Below are positions 48,436-59,717 of a stretch of DNA of 64,000 bases, piece by piece. The notes below the pieces were generated by a model, which did no database searches, was not told the DNA's origin, and was given only the letters and a program-made list of their open reading frames with translations. The DNA comes from Lama glama (taxonomy: Eukaryota), in NCBI GenBank assembly GCA_028534125.1, contig CM052841.1, forward strand, positions 6,572,001 to 6,636,000, in the 5' to 3' direction. A program made the translations under genes and the position numbers. Within the stretch, counting starts at the first letter, position 1. The number at the start of each line of letters is the position of its first letter.

Positions 48436-50127
48436 TTGACCTTTGACAAGCTGGGCTCTGACACCAATCATGGGAAGCTCCCTGGGCTGGGAAGTCAAGT
48501 CTCTGCAGCCAAACCCTCTTGGGAAGAGCAGGGAGGCTGCAGCCTACAGAGGAGAGGCAGTAGGAATGCCCAGAGGACTTCCTTTGGCCTGGATCACATG
48601 GCTGCTGCTAGGGTCAGGTGGCAATTTCACAGAAACTGCCCAACCACCCAAGAACTAGACCCTAGTTGTCACTTGCTCAGGTCCTCTGATTCCCAGGTAC
48701 CCATGTCCTCAGGTCCTCAGAGATATAGATCCCCAGATACACAGAGCCCAGCTCTCCCAGCCATGACCTACCCTTGCTCAAGAGGAGTTGGGACAGTGGG
48801 AGATCCTTGCCTCCCTGGGTCAGAGTGGGCAGGGCAGGCCCCCACCTTCAGGGTTGATGGCTATACCCCTGCCCGTATGGGTCACCATCATCCCTCCCAC
48901 AGGCCTGTCCACCTCTGCCAGCTCAAGCCTGGGTCTCTCTCCTCACTAAATTAAGAGCAGATTTTATCTGTTCCACAAATTGTTCTGCCTTCTTCCCCCT
49001 CCTTGAGGCCAACTAGTTGGGCTTAGCAAAGAGTTTTAGGCCACGCCCGACCCCCTCATCCCACCCCACCCCACCCCACCCCACCCCACCCTGTGGGCCA
49101 CAGCTGCAGGCACTCACCAGCCTTCTGAGTATTTATAGCCAAGTCCACCCCCTCCCCCAGCTGGCTACAATTACAGGCCCAGCCAAGCTCCCAGCCTTTG
49201 CCTCCGTGGCCGAGGAGGAACCGATCAGGCCGGCATGGGAGGGATGGTGCGGTGGCCTCTGCCTTGGTAGGGTCACAGGGGGGCAGGTGTCAGTAGTTGA
49301 AAGACACAGGCCTCTGCCTGGCCTCAAACTGCAAGTAAATGCCTCAAATTGCAACCAGGAGGTAAGTCACCACTTGGCTCAGCCCTGGCCCAGCTCTGAT
49401 CCCGGCCCAGAATCTGACAGAAAGCGAATTCCATTCTCTCTCCTAGCACCCAAATGGGCAGGACTGGGCTCTGGGTTCCCGGGCTCTGGATTTTTAAGTT
49501 GGACTGTTGGGCTCTGGATTCTAAGGCCTGGATTCTGAAGTCTGGGACTCTGAGATCTAGACTTTGAGGTCATGGCTCTGGGCTCAGTGGCCTGTATTCA
49601 GGGCCCCTGGGCTCTGGGCAGGGTCTCTGCATCGTTAGACATCCCAGAAAGGAACCAGAGCTCAAAAGGAGGACTGCCTAGCTGCTGACCTAGTTACCCT
49701 CCTCATGGCTCATTTCTTTCTTCCCCGTGTGGACCCGCAGCTCCCAGCTCAGGGACCATTGGAGCTGAAGCCCTGTGTAAACCCAGCCGAGGAAGCAGAA
49801 ACTAAACCTGGAGCCCCCTGCCTGTATGACACCAAACGAGCCAGTGATGCCCGTGTGCTTCTGCCAGGCTTCAGACATACAGTCACCTGCTTACCTGATG
49901 TCTCCACCTGGGGGCCCACAGGTAACTCAGATCCAGCATGTCAGAACTGATCGGTCTCTCCACAAATCTGCTCCTCCTGTGCTCCTCACTGGGGCAATGA
50001 CACTAACCTTACTCTGGGTCTCCCAAGCCAGAAACCTGGGGGCCGCCCCCTGGTTCCTCCCCTTTCTCTCAGCCCCCACCATCCTGGGGACTTTCTCAGG
50101 TGGCAGTCTGAACTCCCAAGCCCATAC

Positions 50128-50313
50128 CTTGGGCATCTTGCGCAGGTTGGGTGAGAGCTTGAGGCAGGTGATGTGCCCGCGGTCGTCGCCCACAATGATG
50201 ATGGGGTAGATGGGGTTGAACTTCACATGGGTGGTCTTGTTCTTCTTTTTGGCCACCACGGGCTGGTTGCAGATGGCCTCGTACTTGTTGATGGACAAGT
50301 CAAACACGTGGGT
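50128..50313 (-). CDS. DNAI1: DNAI1 exon ([17 protein letters not shown]...[10 protein letters not shown])
   Basis: acag| ... |gtatgg; 186 nt, phase 0-0; WD40. Confidence 0.97.
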
Positions 50314-50539
50314 CTGTGAAGAGGTGGGTGTCAGCACACTCGGGGTGGGGGGATGAGGCCCCTGTGCCCCAACTCAGAGGAACTGCCCCTGAGCTTTCCG
50401 GGGTAACACGACAGAGGCCTGGCACAGCATGCTGGAGCTGGGGGCACTGGGAAAGGGGGTTTGTGTCTCTGTTTTTCCCTTGGTTGAGGGAATGAGAAGA
50501 AAACATTTAGGAGAAAATTTACGTCTATGTGGAGTCAAA

Positions 50540-50740
50540 AATAACAGCTACCATTTATGGGCACTTACTGTATACTAGACTCTGGGCAAACATGATACAT
50601 GGTGGCACCGTCCCATTACGAGCCCCACAGCCAGTCTGTAAGGTAGGTTCTGTCATTACCCCCATGTTGTACATGAGGAGACAGAAGCTCCCATAGGGAA
50701 CCTGCCAGTAAGCGGCAGAGCCAGGGTTTATGCCAACTCA
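50540..50740 (-). mobile_element. MIR SINE fragment
   Basis: agctaccatttatgggcacttactgt...aggtaggt...attacccccat...atgaggagacaga. Confidence 0.7.
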
Positions 50741-50799
50741 CGTACACCAGGTGCTCAGACAGAGCTCGTCATACAGCTGCTCGACAGATGTTCGACCTT

Positions 50800-51275
50800 A
50801 TTTTATGGCTTACCAAGTCCCAACCGTTAGCACCTCTTGCCTAGACAACCGTGGCAGCGTCCTAACTGGTCTCCCTGCTGCCGCTCTTGCCCTTCTGGCG
50901 TCCAACCTCCGTGCAGCAGCCAAGCCTACCTTTAAAAAGTCTCACATCCTCTAATAGTCTCCCTGGGCGCTCTACATAAAATCCAGATCCCTTACTCCGG
51001 GTTCTCTACCCTCCGCTCTCTGCTTGTGCTCTCTCCCCTTTGCCTACCGAGACCCCAGCCACCCTACCTGCCTGTTCCTTAAGCCCTTGCAGCTCATGCT
51101 CCCCTCCGGGCATTGGCACCAGCTGTTCCTCTGTCTGGAATGCCTCCCGCCGCCCTCACCTGGCTGCTGGCTCTGACTCAGCTCTCAGCTTGAATGTCGC
51201 CTTTTCAGAGAAGCCTTCTCTGACTACTTATCTAAGAGACCACATAGTCCTTTTCTTTTACATCACTCTCTCGCT
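50800..51275. mobile_element. L2 LINE fragment
   Basis: cctaactggtctccctg...aaaatccaga...gctgttcctctgtctggaatgcc...tctcagcttgaatgtc...cagagaagccttctctgac. Confidence 0.7.
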
Positions 51276-51279
51276 ATTT

Positions 51280-51755
51280 AAACACATAACAGCTTTATTG
51301 AGATATAATTCACATACTATAAAATTTACCCATTTAAAGTGTCCAGTCCCTGTTGTTTAGTATATTCCCAGTTACGCAACCATCACCACAACCAATTTTA
51401 GAACACTTTTCGTTTCCCTAAAAAGAACCCTTATGCCCATTAGCAGTCACTCCCCATTTTCTCCTAACCCCTCTAGCCCTAGGTGACCACTGATCTACTT
51501 TGTCTCTATAGATGTGCCTATTTTAGACATACATAAATGGAGTCATACAATGTGTGGTCTTTTGTGACTGGCTTCTTAAACTAAGCTTGTTTTCTGGGTT
51601 CATCCATGATGTCGCTTTTATCAGTACTTTATTCCTTGTTTCTGATGAATAATAAGCCTGGTGAGTAAACTCTGTATATTGATGGACATTTGGGTTGGTT
51701 CCACTTTCTCCACTACTAGGAATAATGCTATTACAGACATCGGTGTACATACATC
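51280..51755 (-). mobile_element. L1M (L1MB-like) 3' fragment
   Basis: acagctttattgagatataattcacatac...aatttacccatttaaagtg...caaccatcaccac...cccattagcagtcactcccc. Confidence 0.85.
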
Positions 51756-52504
51756 ACCCTGCTTTAATCTCTGCCTAGCAGTTAACCCTTTTGGGGTTTT
51801 CATTCTTGTTGTTTTTTCTCTCTTTCCCTTCAATGGAATGTAAGCTCCACAAAAGCAGGCACCCAAATCACCAGGTGCTGGCCTGGAGCTGGGTGCCGCA
51901 GGTGGCCCTGAGACACCTGTTCAGCAGACAGATGATGGACTGGAGGGTGATGCCTTAATCACTGTCTTCTTTCCTGGTAGGCGCCTTTCAGTTTATACCA
52001 AAGCCCATAAGGAAAATGGGTTTGTATTTAAGAATTACCTCACAAAATGCTTCTTTCTGAGCTTTCACCAATTCTCATTGTTGCACAGACCTCTCCTATC
52101 TCCTGCTCTCAGATTCAGCTTGCATACTCCCAGGGATGGGGACCTCACTCTTTTTTAGACACTGTTTCAATCACAGATCAACTCTGGCTCATAAGTTCTT
52201 CCTTCCATCAAGCTGGCACCTGCCACCCTGCAGCTCCCTCCCCAGGGCCCTCAGAGGAGACACCTGCTCCTCATGGCATCTTGTCCCCCCACCCCCAGTG
52301 CCCTCTCCCTCAAGGCCTCATGGGATGAGTGGTCTCTCTTTCGACTGGGCCCTGGGTAGCCTAGCCCTTGAGGTTATACTATCCTTATGTTCCGCCTTCC
52401 CCCACCTGACCTGGACGTGGGGTGGGCTCTCCAGGAGGGAGACCCTGAGATAGCCCGTCCTATCTTCAGTATGGCGTCAGCAAGGTCAGAAAGGGGGCAC
52501 TCAC

Positions 52505-52604
52505 CCTCCCATTGGTGGTGACTGCTGCAAACACAGTAGAAGAGTATGGAGCCCAGGCCACATCGCCCACGGCTGAATTTAGGTCATAGATGAACATCGG
52601 GGTC
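52505..52604 (-). CDS. DNAI1: DNAI1 exon ([33 protein letters not shown])
   Basis: gcag| ... |gtgagt; 100 nt. Confidence 0.97.
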
Positions 52605-52708
52605 CTGCAGTGCGGAGGGGTGGAAAGCTCATGACACCAAGGGCTCACAGTACCAGAGCCCTGCCGGCCCCAGCCCAGGGTGGAGCCTGAGGGAGGGCAT
52701 GCCCCTCA

Positions 52709-52939
<231 letters not shown>

Positions 52940-54079
52940 TCAGAATCTGAGACTCCTCTTCTGTCCTAGCCCTGCATCCCTGTCACAGCTGAGCTGGGGC
53001 CAAGCTGTTGGCTGCTCATCTCACCCTCAACACAACCTGAGAGAAAGGAGGGGCTTAAGGAGCTGCGGTTGAGGTGGGCAGGGGAGCCGTCCTGGAGGGT
53101 GAGGGAAGCCTGGCCAGAGGATTCAGGCCTTGGCAGAAAAGACTTTCTCTCCCTGAGCCCACGCAGAGCATGTCTAGGGGCCCTGGGTGAGGTGTGGTCT
53201 AGCCTGTATCCAGGCTAAGGCTTGTGGACAGGCAGACAAAGCTCTGAATCCTCCTACAGTCCAGAGAGAATCCTTTCAACAGTGATAAACATCCCACCTC
53301 TCCTAGGTAAGAGCAGATGCAGAGCCAGGGGCAAGCCCAATCTCAGGATTTCTCACTCAGTTTCTTTCCCTGACCAGCAGGCTCCCTCCCTCCAGGAGCC
53401 TGGATGATTGACTAGTCTCTTCCTCCCTCCCTCCCGCCTCTCCCGTGCCGCCATTGAGAGGGGTGGAGAGGGGGTGGGGACCTCTTTTGCATTCAGACCA
53501 ACTCTGCCAGGGCCTCAGGGGCTCCCGGGAGGCTGCCTGTAATTAACATTCTGAGTCTCTGAGCCTAAGAAAAGCTTGCAACAGAGCTATTTCTGGAGGG
53601 ATGCAGGTTCAGAAGGATGTTCACCTACTAACATTGAGACCTGGCAGAAACTGGCGATGAAGTTCCATCTGGCTGGCTGGGATGCCCCCCCCCCTTATTC
53701 AGAGCTAAATTCTCTTATTACCTGGCCTTCAAAGCTCAGCTCAAGTTCAGATCTCCTCCAGGAAGTCTTCCCAGAGTGTTCCACCCCCCCAACTGCACTC
53801 CCAGCTCTACCGCCTCCACTCCCAGAAAGGGAGCAGGACCCAGAGGGAAAGATGCTGGGTGGGGCCCATCACCCTCTAGATTCTTCCTCCCCTTCCCTGC
53901 AGTCAGCCCCTCTTCCTGCACCCAAGCAGGTCAAGAAATGCATTCTCTTCCCCCAGGAAGCCTTCTAGAACTGATAAGCCCTCAGATCTGTCGGAACAGT
54001 GGAGGTTGAGAATGGTAAGTTCCCAGGGCGCCTGCTTAAGGCCCTGTCGGGAGCTGGCCTCCTGGCAGCGCTGCCTCAC

Positions 54080-54159
54080 CTTGTAGATTTTCCCCTCCTC
54101 CGTGCCCACTAGGAACAGGTAGTCGATCTCTTTGTGGAAGTCAAAGGCCGTGCCACAAC
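54080..54159 (-). CDS. DNAI1: DNAI1 exon ([27 protein letters not shown])
   Basis: cccaag| ... |gtgagg; 80 nt. Confidence 0.96.
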
Positions 54160-54279
54160 CTTGGGAGAAGAGGGAACAGCTTCAGGCTGGTTCTGGGAGG
54201 GAGGCTTCCAGCACCTCCTCTACCCAGCAGGCCCCCAGCACAGCCTGAGCCCAGGCGCTTGTGAGGGCGGGGACCAGCC

Positions 54280-54600
54280 AGGCAAACAGAAACTGGGCTT
54301 CTGGCCTGCTGCTTGTCCCAGGCAGTTGGGACTCTGCAAACGGGCCAGGGCTTCTGCAGACAGGAATGGGGCCTGGGTAAACAAGGCAGGGATTGAGTTT
54401 AACAGGGTCGGGGTCAGGGTAAACAAGGACAGGGTCTGCAAACAGGGATATGGTCTGTGCAAACAGGGATATAGTCTGCATAAACAGGGTAGGAATTGAG
54501 TAAACAGGGACAGGGTCTGGGTAAACGGGACTGATCTGCATAAACAGGGATGGATCTGCATAACAGCACAGGATCTGCATAAATAGGGAGGGTCTGCTGA
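54280..54600 (+). repeat. Degenerate minisatellite of about 20-21 bp (taaacagggatagggtctgca-like)
   Basis: At least 11 successive units visible. Confidence 0.9.
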
Positions 54601-54739
54601 GGGCCAAGGGCTGGGCCAGCCTTTCTTACTGTGTCCTGTCAGACACAAGGGGAGGCAGGGTGCACAGAAAGAGGGAGGACCAGTGACCCTCCTGGGCCGG
54701 GGTGATGTGGCCGTGGATGGGAGGGGCTGGGGTTCTTAC

Positions 54740-54827
54740 CCACTGTGTGTATCTGTAAGCCCTCCAGACCTTCTGTGGTGCTGCCCTCCATCTTCAGCTT
54801 GATGACATCTGTGTGAACCAGCTCGCT
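54740..54827 (-). CDS. DNAI1: DNAI1 exon ([29 protein letters not shown])
   Basis: acag| ... |gtaaga; 88 nt; frame fits both neighbours. Confidence 0.94.
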
Positions 54828-54959
54828 CTGTGGTCACACAGGGTGGGTGGGGGAGGCTTGTGGGTGGGGCTGGACCAGCAGGGTTGGGGTCCCTCTGCCA
54901 TTCAGTGTCCCCCACTCCCCATCTCCACCCCTGCGTGACCCTTTCTGGGAAACGGGCAC

Positions 54960-55049
54960 CTTCACGAGTGTCCAAGACACGATCCTGCCGTCAGATGACA
55001 CAGAGAAGAAGTTGAGGTTGTTGTTCATGTCATCCTTCTGCCACCTGAC
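54960..55049 (-). CDS. DNAI1: DNAI1 exon ([30 protein letters not shown])
   Basis: ttcag| ... |gtgccc; 90 nt. Confidence 0.96.
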
Positions 55050-55339
55050 CTGAAACATCCCAAACTGTGAGCCCTGGGACTCTGCTCGGGTGTTGGGTGA
55101 CGGCTGTGAGCTGAGCAGAATCCCACAACTGGTCCTTCCTCCTTCCACTCATCCCCCTCTCCCTGAGCATCCTGGGGGGACAGTGCCAGTCGGGCCACAG
55201 CCCAGTCCCCTGGCTCAGCAGTGGAGGTGCCCAACTCCTCCCAGGGTTGGGTTCTAGGAACCCAGTTGTAAGAAGGCAGTGGCTCTGGATTCAACTTTCT
55301 TATGTAGACAGGGCCTGGAAAGGACAGAACCCATCAACC

Positions 55340-55470
55340 AGATTCCTCATCTATGAAACAGGAACAATAATGGCATGGGTTTGTTGTAAGGAATAAATGA
55401 GCTAATGAACGTGAAGCCTTTTGGTCAGAACATGCAGATATTAAGTGTTCAATAAATGCCTGCTGATATC
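55340..55470 (+). mobile_element. MIR SINE fragment
   Basis: ttcctcatctatgaaacaggaacaataat...gttgtaagga..aaatgagctaat...taagtgttcaataaatg. Confidence 0.7.
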
Positions 55471-56659
55471 CTAATTATTACCATCATCCTAGGAATCAGG
55501 GTGCCAAGGTTCTTCAGGGAGCTTTTTCTTGCCTGTGTGGGGAGGCAGGGAGAAGCAGCCCCGCTCCCCCGCCCTCCCCTTCCAGGCTTGGCCTTTCTCT
55601 AGGCAGCCTCTCTTCTGTTCCCACCTTTATTTCACCAGAACCTTGCTCCCAAATCTCAGATGCGAGCTGCATTTCTCCATCTGCAAATCTGGGTTAATAA
55701 TCCTGCCCCACCCATCTTCTCCGGGCTGGAAGCAAACATATGGGAAAGTGTTTTGGAGACAGAGCTGTTGTCTTGTGAAGATGACACGCTTGAGGCTCAA
55801 GTTTCTGTTGCCAGATGTGGAAGCATGGCCAACCCATGTCCCAGAGAGCTGGGGTGGGGCTGGGTGCCCAGAGCTTTCCATCCTCCAATTGTGTCCAGAC
55901 CTCCCGTGCTGGAACCACTGTCCCTTCCCCCTGTCACCAGCAGAGGCCCAGTGAGGGAGGACAGGAACCCAGTGCTGCAGCCTGTAACCATAGCTGTCAC
56001 CATGGCTGCTGAGGGCTGTGGAGGAGGGAGGGGATTGCCTCTCTGGGGCCACCCCCTCAGGCCTGGCTGATCAGAGCTGCAGGAGAGGGGACCCGGTCGG
56101 TCCTGCCCGGGCCTGTCTGGGCAGGCCGCTCTTTTGCACTTTTGCCTAGAACCCTACAGATCCTGTAAGGCACAGGTCAGAGCAGCCCTGGCGCTGAGAC
56201 CACTTTCCTTTCTGTGTAAGGGTAGTCCCTATAAAGGGAGGAGGGGACAGGGGGATGTCAAAGGCCAGGCTGTAAGAGGCACGAGGGAGCTGCAAAGGAA
56301 GTGTTTAATGAGCAGCTGCCAGTGCACATGGAAATTGTATTTCACACCCTGCTTAGCAGCCTGATGCCCAGTTGGGGTGGTGGTGGTGGGGGGTGTATTT
56401 GCAAGTGAGTGTGTGTGTGCAAGTCACACATGTGCTCCCGGGTTGGTGGTGGGAAGGTAGAAATGAAGAGGGCAAAGTGGGGGCCAGTGGTAAACAGGGC
56501 AAAGAGAATGAACGAATGACCAGGAAGCAGGTGGTAGGAAGGAGACGGAGGCCTGCTTCACTGATTCCTTCTCTTCTGCCTTATCTGATTAGGGCAGACA
56601 TGCTTGACCCCAGTGTCTGCTCATATCCTGCCTGCCCCCTGCCCCAGGATAGCACAGAA

Positions 56660-56681
56660 CACACACACACACACACACACA
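56660..56681 (+). repeat. (CA)n microsatellite
   Basis: Perfect run of about 11 units. Confidence 0.95.
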
Positions 56682-57282
56682 CCCCACAGTGTATTGCTAG
56701 TTGAGGCTTCACAGTGGGGCCTGAACAGGGCTGAACTACCCAGTGGGCTCCCCTGGGAGGTAGCCTGTGTCATGGGACAGGAACCCAGTATCCTTTGGAC
56801 AGACAGTTCTCTCCCTGGCTCCAGAACCTTCCATGGCTCCCCACTGCCAACAGAACAAAGTCCTTCTGCCCTCAGTCTGGCATTTGAGGTCCAAAACAAC
56901 CTCTCTGTTTCCAAGACAGGGCCCCTTTAAGAAGGACCCAGAGTCTGATGCCGCTGACATCTCATTTGCCAGCCGGCCTCTCCTTCAAGCTCCAGGATAT
57001 ACAGCCAACTGCCTGTAGGACACCCCCTCTGGCTTCTTATATTAACTTCTGGCCAGAACTCCATGGATGTCCTACTGGGTACTCCAAACCAGAGTCCCAG
57101 GCACCGTCAGAAGTTTTTCCTTGTCCCCATATCCAATCAGTCATTTCCTTCCGTTGATTTTACTGTCTCACTGCCCCTGCTGTAGCTCGGGCTTCAAGAT
57201 TTGTCTTGCTGCAGCCAGAGGATATCTCTAAGACACAACATGACTGTATTAATTCTTTGCCCCAAACTCTCTGATAGTCAAG

Positions 57283-57442
57283 CAGTGATTTTCAAACTAT
57301 GCTGGGAGGAGCTCTTAGGAGCCTTGTGAAAGTAGCTCAGGGGACCCTCAAGCAATCAGGACTCTGATCCTACTAGAGCAGCCCCACTGTCATCTTTTTA
57401 ATACACTGGGCTTCTGTACTAACACTTCACTCGAGACCACTG
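57283..57442. mobile_element. hAT-Charlie (MER5-like) MITE nested in L2-like sequence
   Basis: Termini cagtgattttcaaact ... tcgagaccactg. Confidence 0.5.
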
Positions 57443-59469
57443 ACCCACAAAGGCTAAGCTTCCTACTTGCTAGAGGAGCACTTGGGTGCCTGTACTTTCC
57501 TCAGGTCCTGCTGCCTCCTTCCTGTCTCTTACACTGTGCTCCAAACGGGGGAGTTTCCCAGCAGGCCTCTCTGCCTGATGCCCCTGTGTCCTTGCACATG
57601 TGGCCCTTTGTACCCTTCCTCACCTAATACTTCCTGTTCTTCACAATTCAGCTCAGGTTTCCTTTCGGAAGCCCTCTCTGGCCCTCCCGCCCCTGCTCCC
57701 TGTCCCCGACAGTCTGGACAGTCCTCGGTGCCCCAGGAGCCCTCCCCATCCTGCTCCGCCTGTGGCTGCGGTCTCTCCCTGCTGGGAGCTCCAGAGACCC
57801 AGCCCTTGAGCATCCTCAGCTCCCAGAGGAGCGAACAGGAAGGAGCTGCTGAGTGAATGGATGAATGGATGAATGGATGAATGGCTAGATGAATGAGGAA
57901 GTGGGGAGGGAATAAGAGCAGAAGAAGAGAACAGGAAGTCATTAAAGGAGTGAGAGCCGGGCAGGCCCCACCCGTGTCACAAGTCCTGATTCTAGCCAAG
58001 AACTCTGAGTCTTGGGTTTTGCAAAGGCAGCAGCTCTGTTTTCCTGACAGGACGGTGGGAGAACAGAAGGCCACCCCTGTCCAGTCTCCCTGGCACCTGC
58101 CCAGCAAAGGGGAAGATGTGTCTCCTGCATGCCCCACTTCTCTCTCCAATCTGCTCTTTGATTCAGAGAACATAGCAGAGTGGTCAGCCTCGACCCCTCC
58201 CTCTCTCCTGGGCTGGAGGAGGATGGATGGTCAGGCCACCCTAAGATGCTCCGTGCTTGGCCCTGGGCTGTCTGCCCATGCTGGGAAAGCAGGGGCCGGC
58301 CTGGTGCTGGTTCAGTCTGATCAAAGAGTCTTTTCTCCTCTCCCTGGGCTTTACAGTCTCTACAGACATCCTCCCCATGTATGGAGACCTCTGCATGCCT
58401 GGACGAGATGCATCGGGAGGTGGGCTTTTCGGAGGAGAGAACTCCTGAGGCTGCAAGACTGGTGCCTGCTTTGGTCGAGAGGAGTGGGCAGGGTATTCAG
58501 TGGGAGGAGTGCCTCCTTCTGTGCCTGCACCCTGAGCAAAGGATGAAGCAGGGAGGCCACCATATCCCCTGTGCCTGGACAGTCCTCCCTCCACTCAGGC
58601 CTGTCTGGGAGCTAAGAGCCAGGGCCTGGGGCCAGTGTCCACGTGACTTAGGGAGCTCAGGGCCAGAAAGGCAGGGGTGCAGAGCCGGCTTGCAAACCAT
58701 CAGGGCCGGGGACAGAGGGAGATAAGACAGATCCCAGTACTGCCTGAGGAGCCAGAAGACTTGGGGCAACTTGAGGCAGAAATCCATCCTTAGATTCTCT
58801 CAGATCTGCCATGGAGTCAGGGTACACAGCCTCAGAAGGAGGGCGGCCCTTGGAACACAGTGAGGAAGGGCCTACAAAGCCAGAGCTAAGAGACCCTCTG
58901 AGAATGAAACTCTGAGATCCACTCTTGGTGCAGTAAGATGGGAGATGCAGGGTCATGGTGAAGAAGGCCCGACAGAAGCCTCAGGGACAGACCTCACCTA
59001 CCAGGCCTTACAGCCCCACTCGGAGGGCAGAGACCCTGCAGCACCTACCCCTGTCTGGGAGGGAGTTCCCCCAAATCTAGCCCAGACGGCAGAAGAAGGC
59101 CCCTGTACAGAGCTGAGGAAGACCATAGACCCCGGGAGCGCTTGACATAATCAGCAGAGGCCGGTCAGGCCCTGGAGGCTCGCAGCCACGAGCTCTGGGT
59201 CCCTGGTCACCATGCCTGAGAGATCCTTAGCAGAGAGTCAGGCTCTCCTGATGGCAGCTCTGTGGCAGCAGACCCCAGCTTTCACCGCAGACCCTCTTCC
59301 CTCCTGATTCTCTGCCCTTCTCTGCCCCTCTGCACATCCAGCTCCTTGGCCTCTAAGCTGGTACCTGTCACCCCCACCCCCTCTCCTCCCAGACGCCCCT
59401 CCTCCAGTGGCTCCTAGGCCCTCACGCTACTCAGTCATACCAATTCTCCCACCCAGGTTCGAGGCTGAC

Positions 59470-59717
59470 CTGCCACACAGGGTCCGTGTGCTTGCCAGAC
59501 TTGGCCGAGCTGCGGAAGGAGGGCTGGGCGTGGGGCTTCTTGAGGTTGTAAATGGCCACGTTGCCGTCGTAGTGGCCCACCACCACCAGGTAGGGGTGGG
59601 CCACGTGCATGTCCAGACACATGATGCCGCTGTCGCTGCTGAAGATGTATTCGGGGAAGCTGGGGTTCTTCATGCTGTAGAGCAGCAGCATGCCCCGGCT
59701 CTGCTTCATGAAGTCAT
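59470..59717 (-). CDS. DNAI1: DNAI1 exon ([23 protein letters not shown]...GKHTDPVWQ); gene continues beyond the window
   Basis: ccag| ... |gtcagc; 248 nt; no further DNAI1 exon recognised up to 64000. Confidence 0.97.

Noticed and set aside
52576-52586. Perfect RORE AATTTAGGTCA within a DNAI1 exon, 8 kb from the ENHO promoter
   Set aside because: About one such match is expected by chance in 64 kb, and the sequence is constrained by coding
54280-54600. CRISPR-like regular repeat spacing
   Set aside because: Mammalian DNA; the units are degenerate tandem copies without unique spacers, and there are no cas genes
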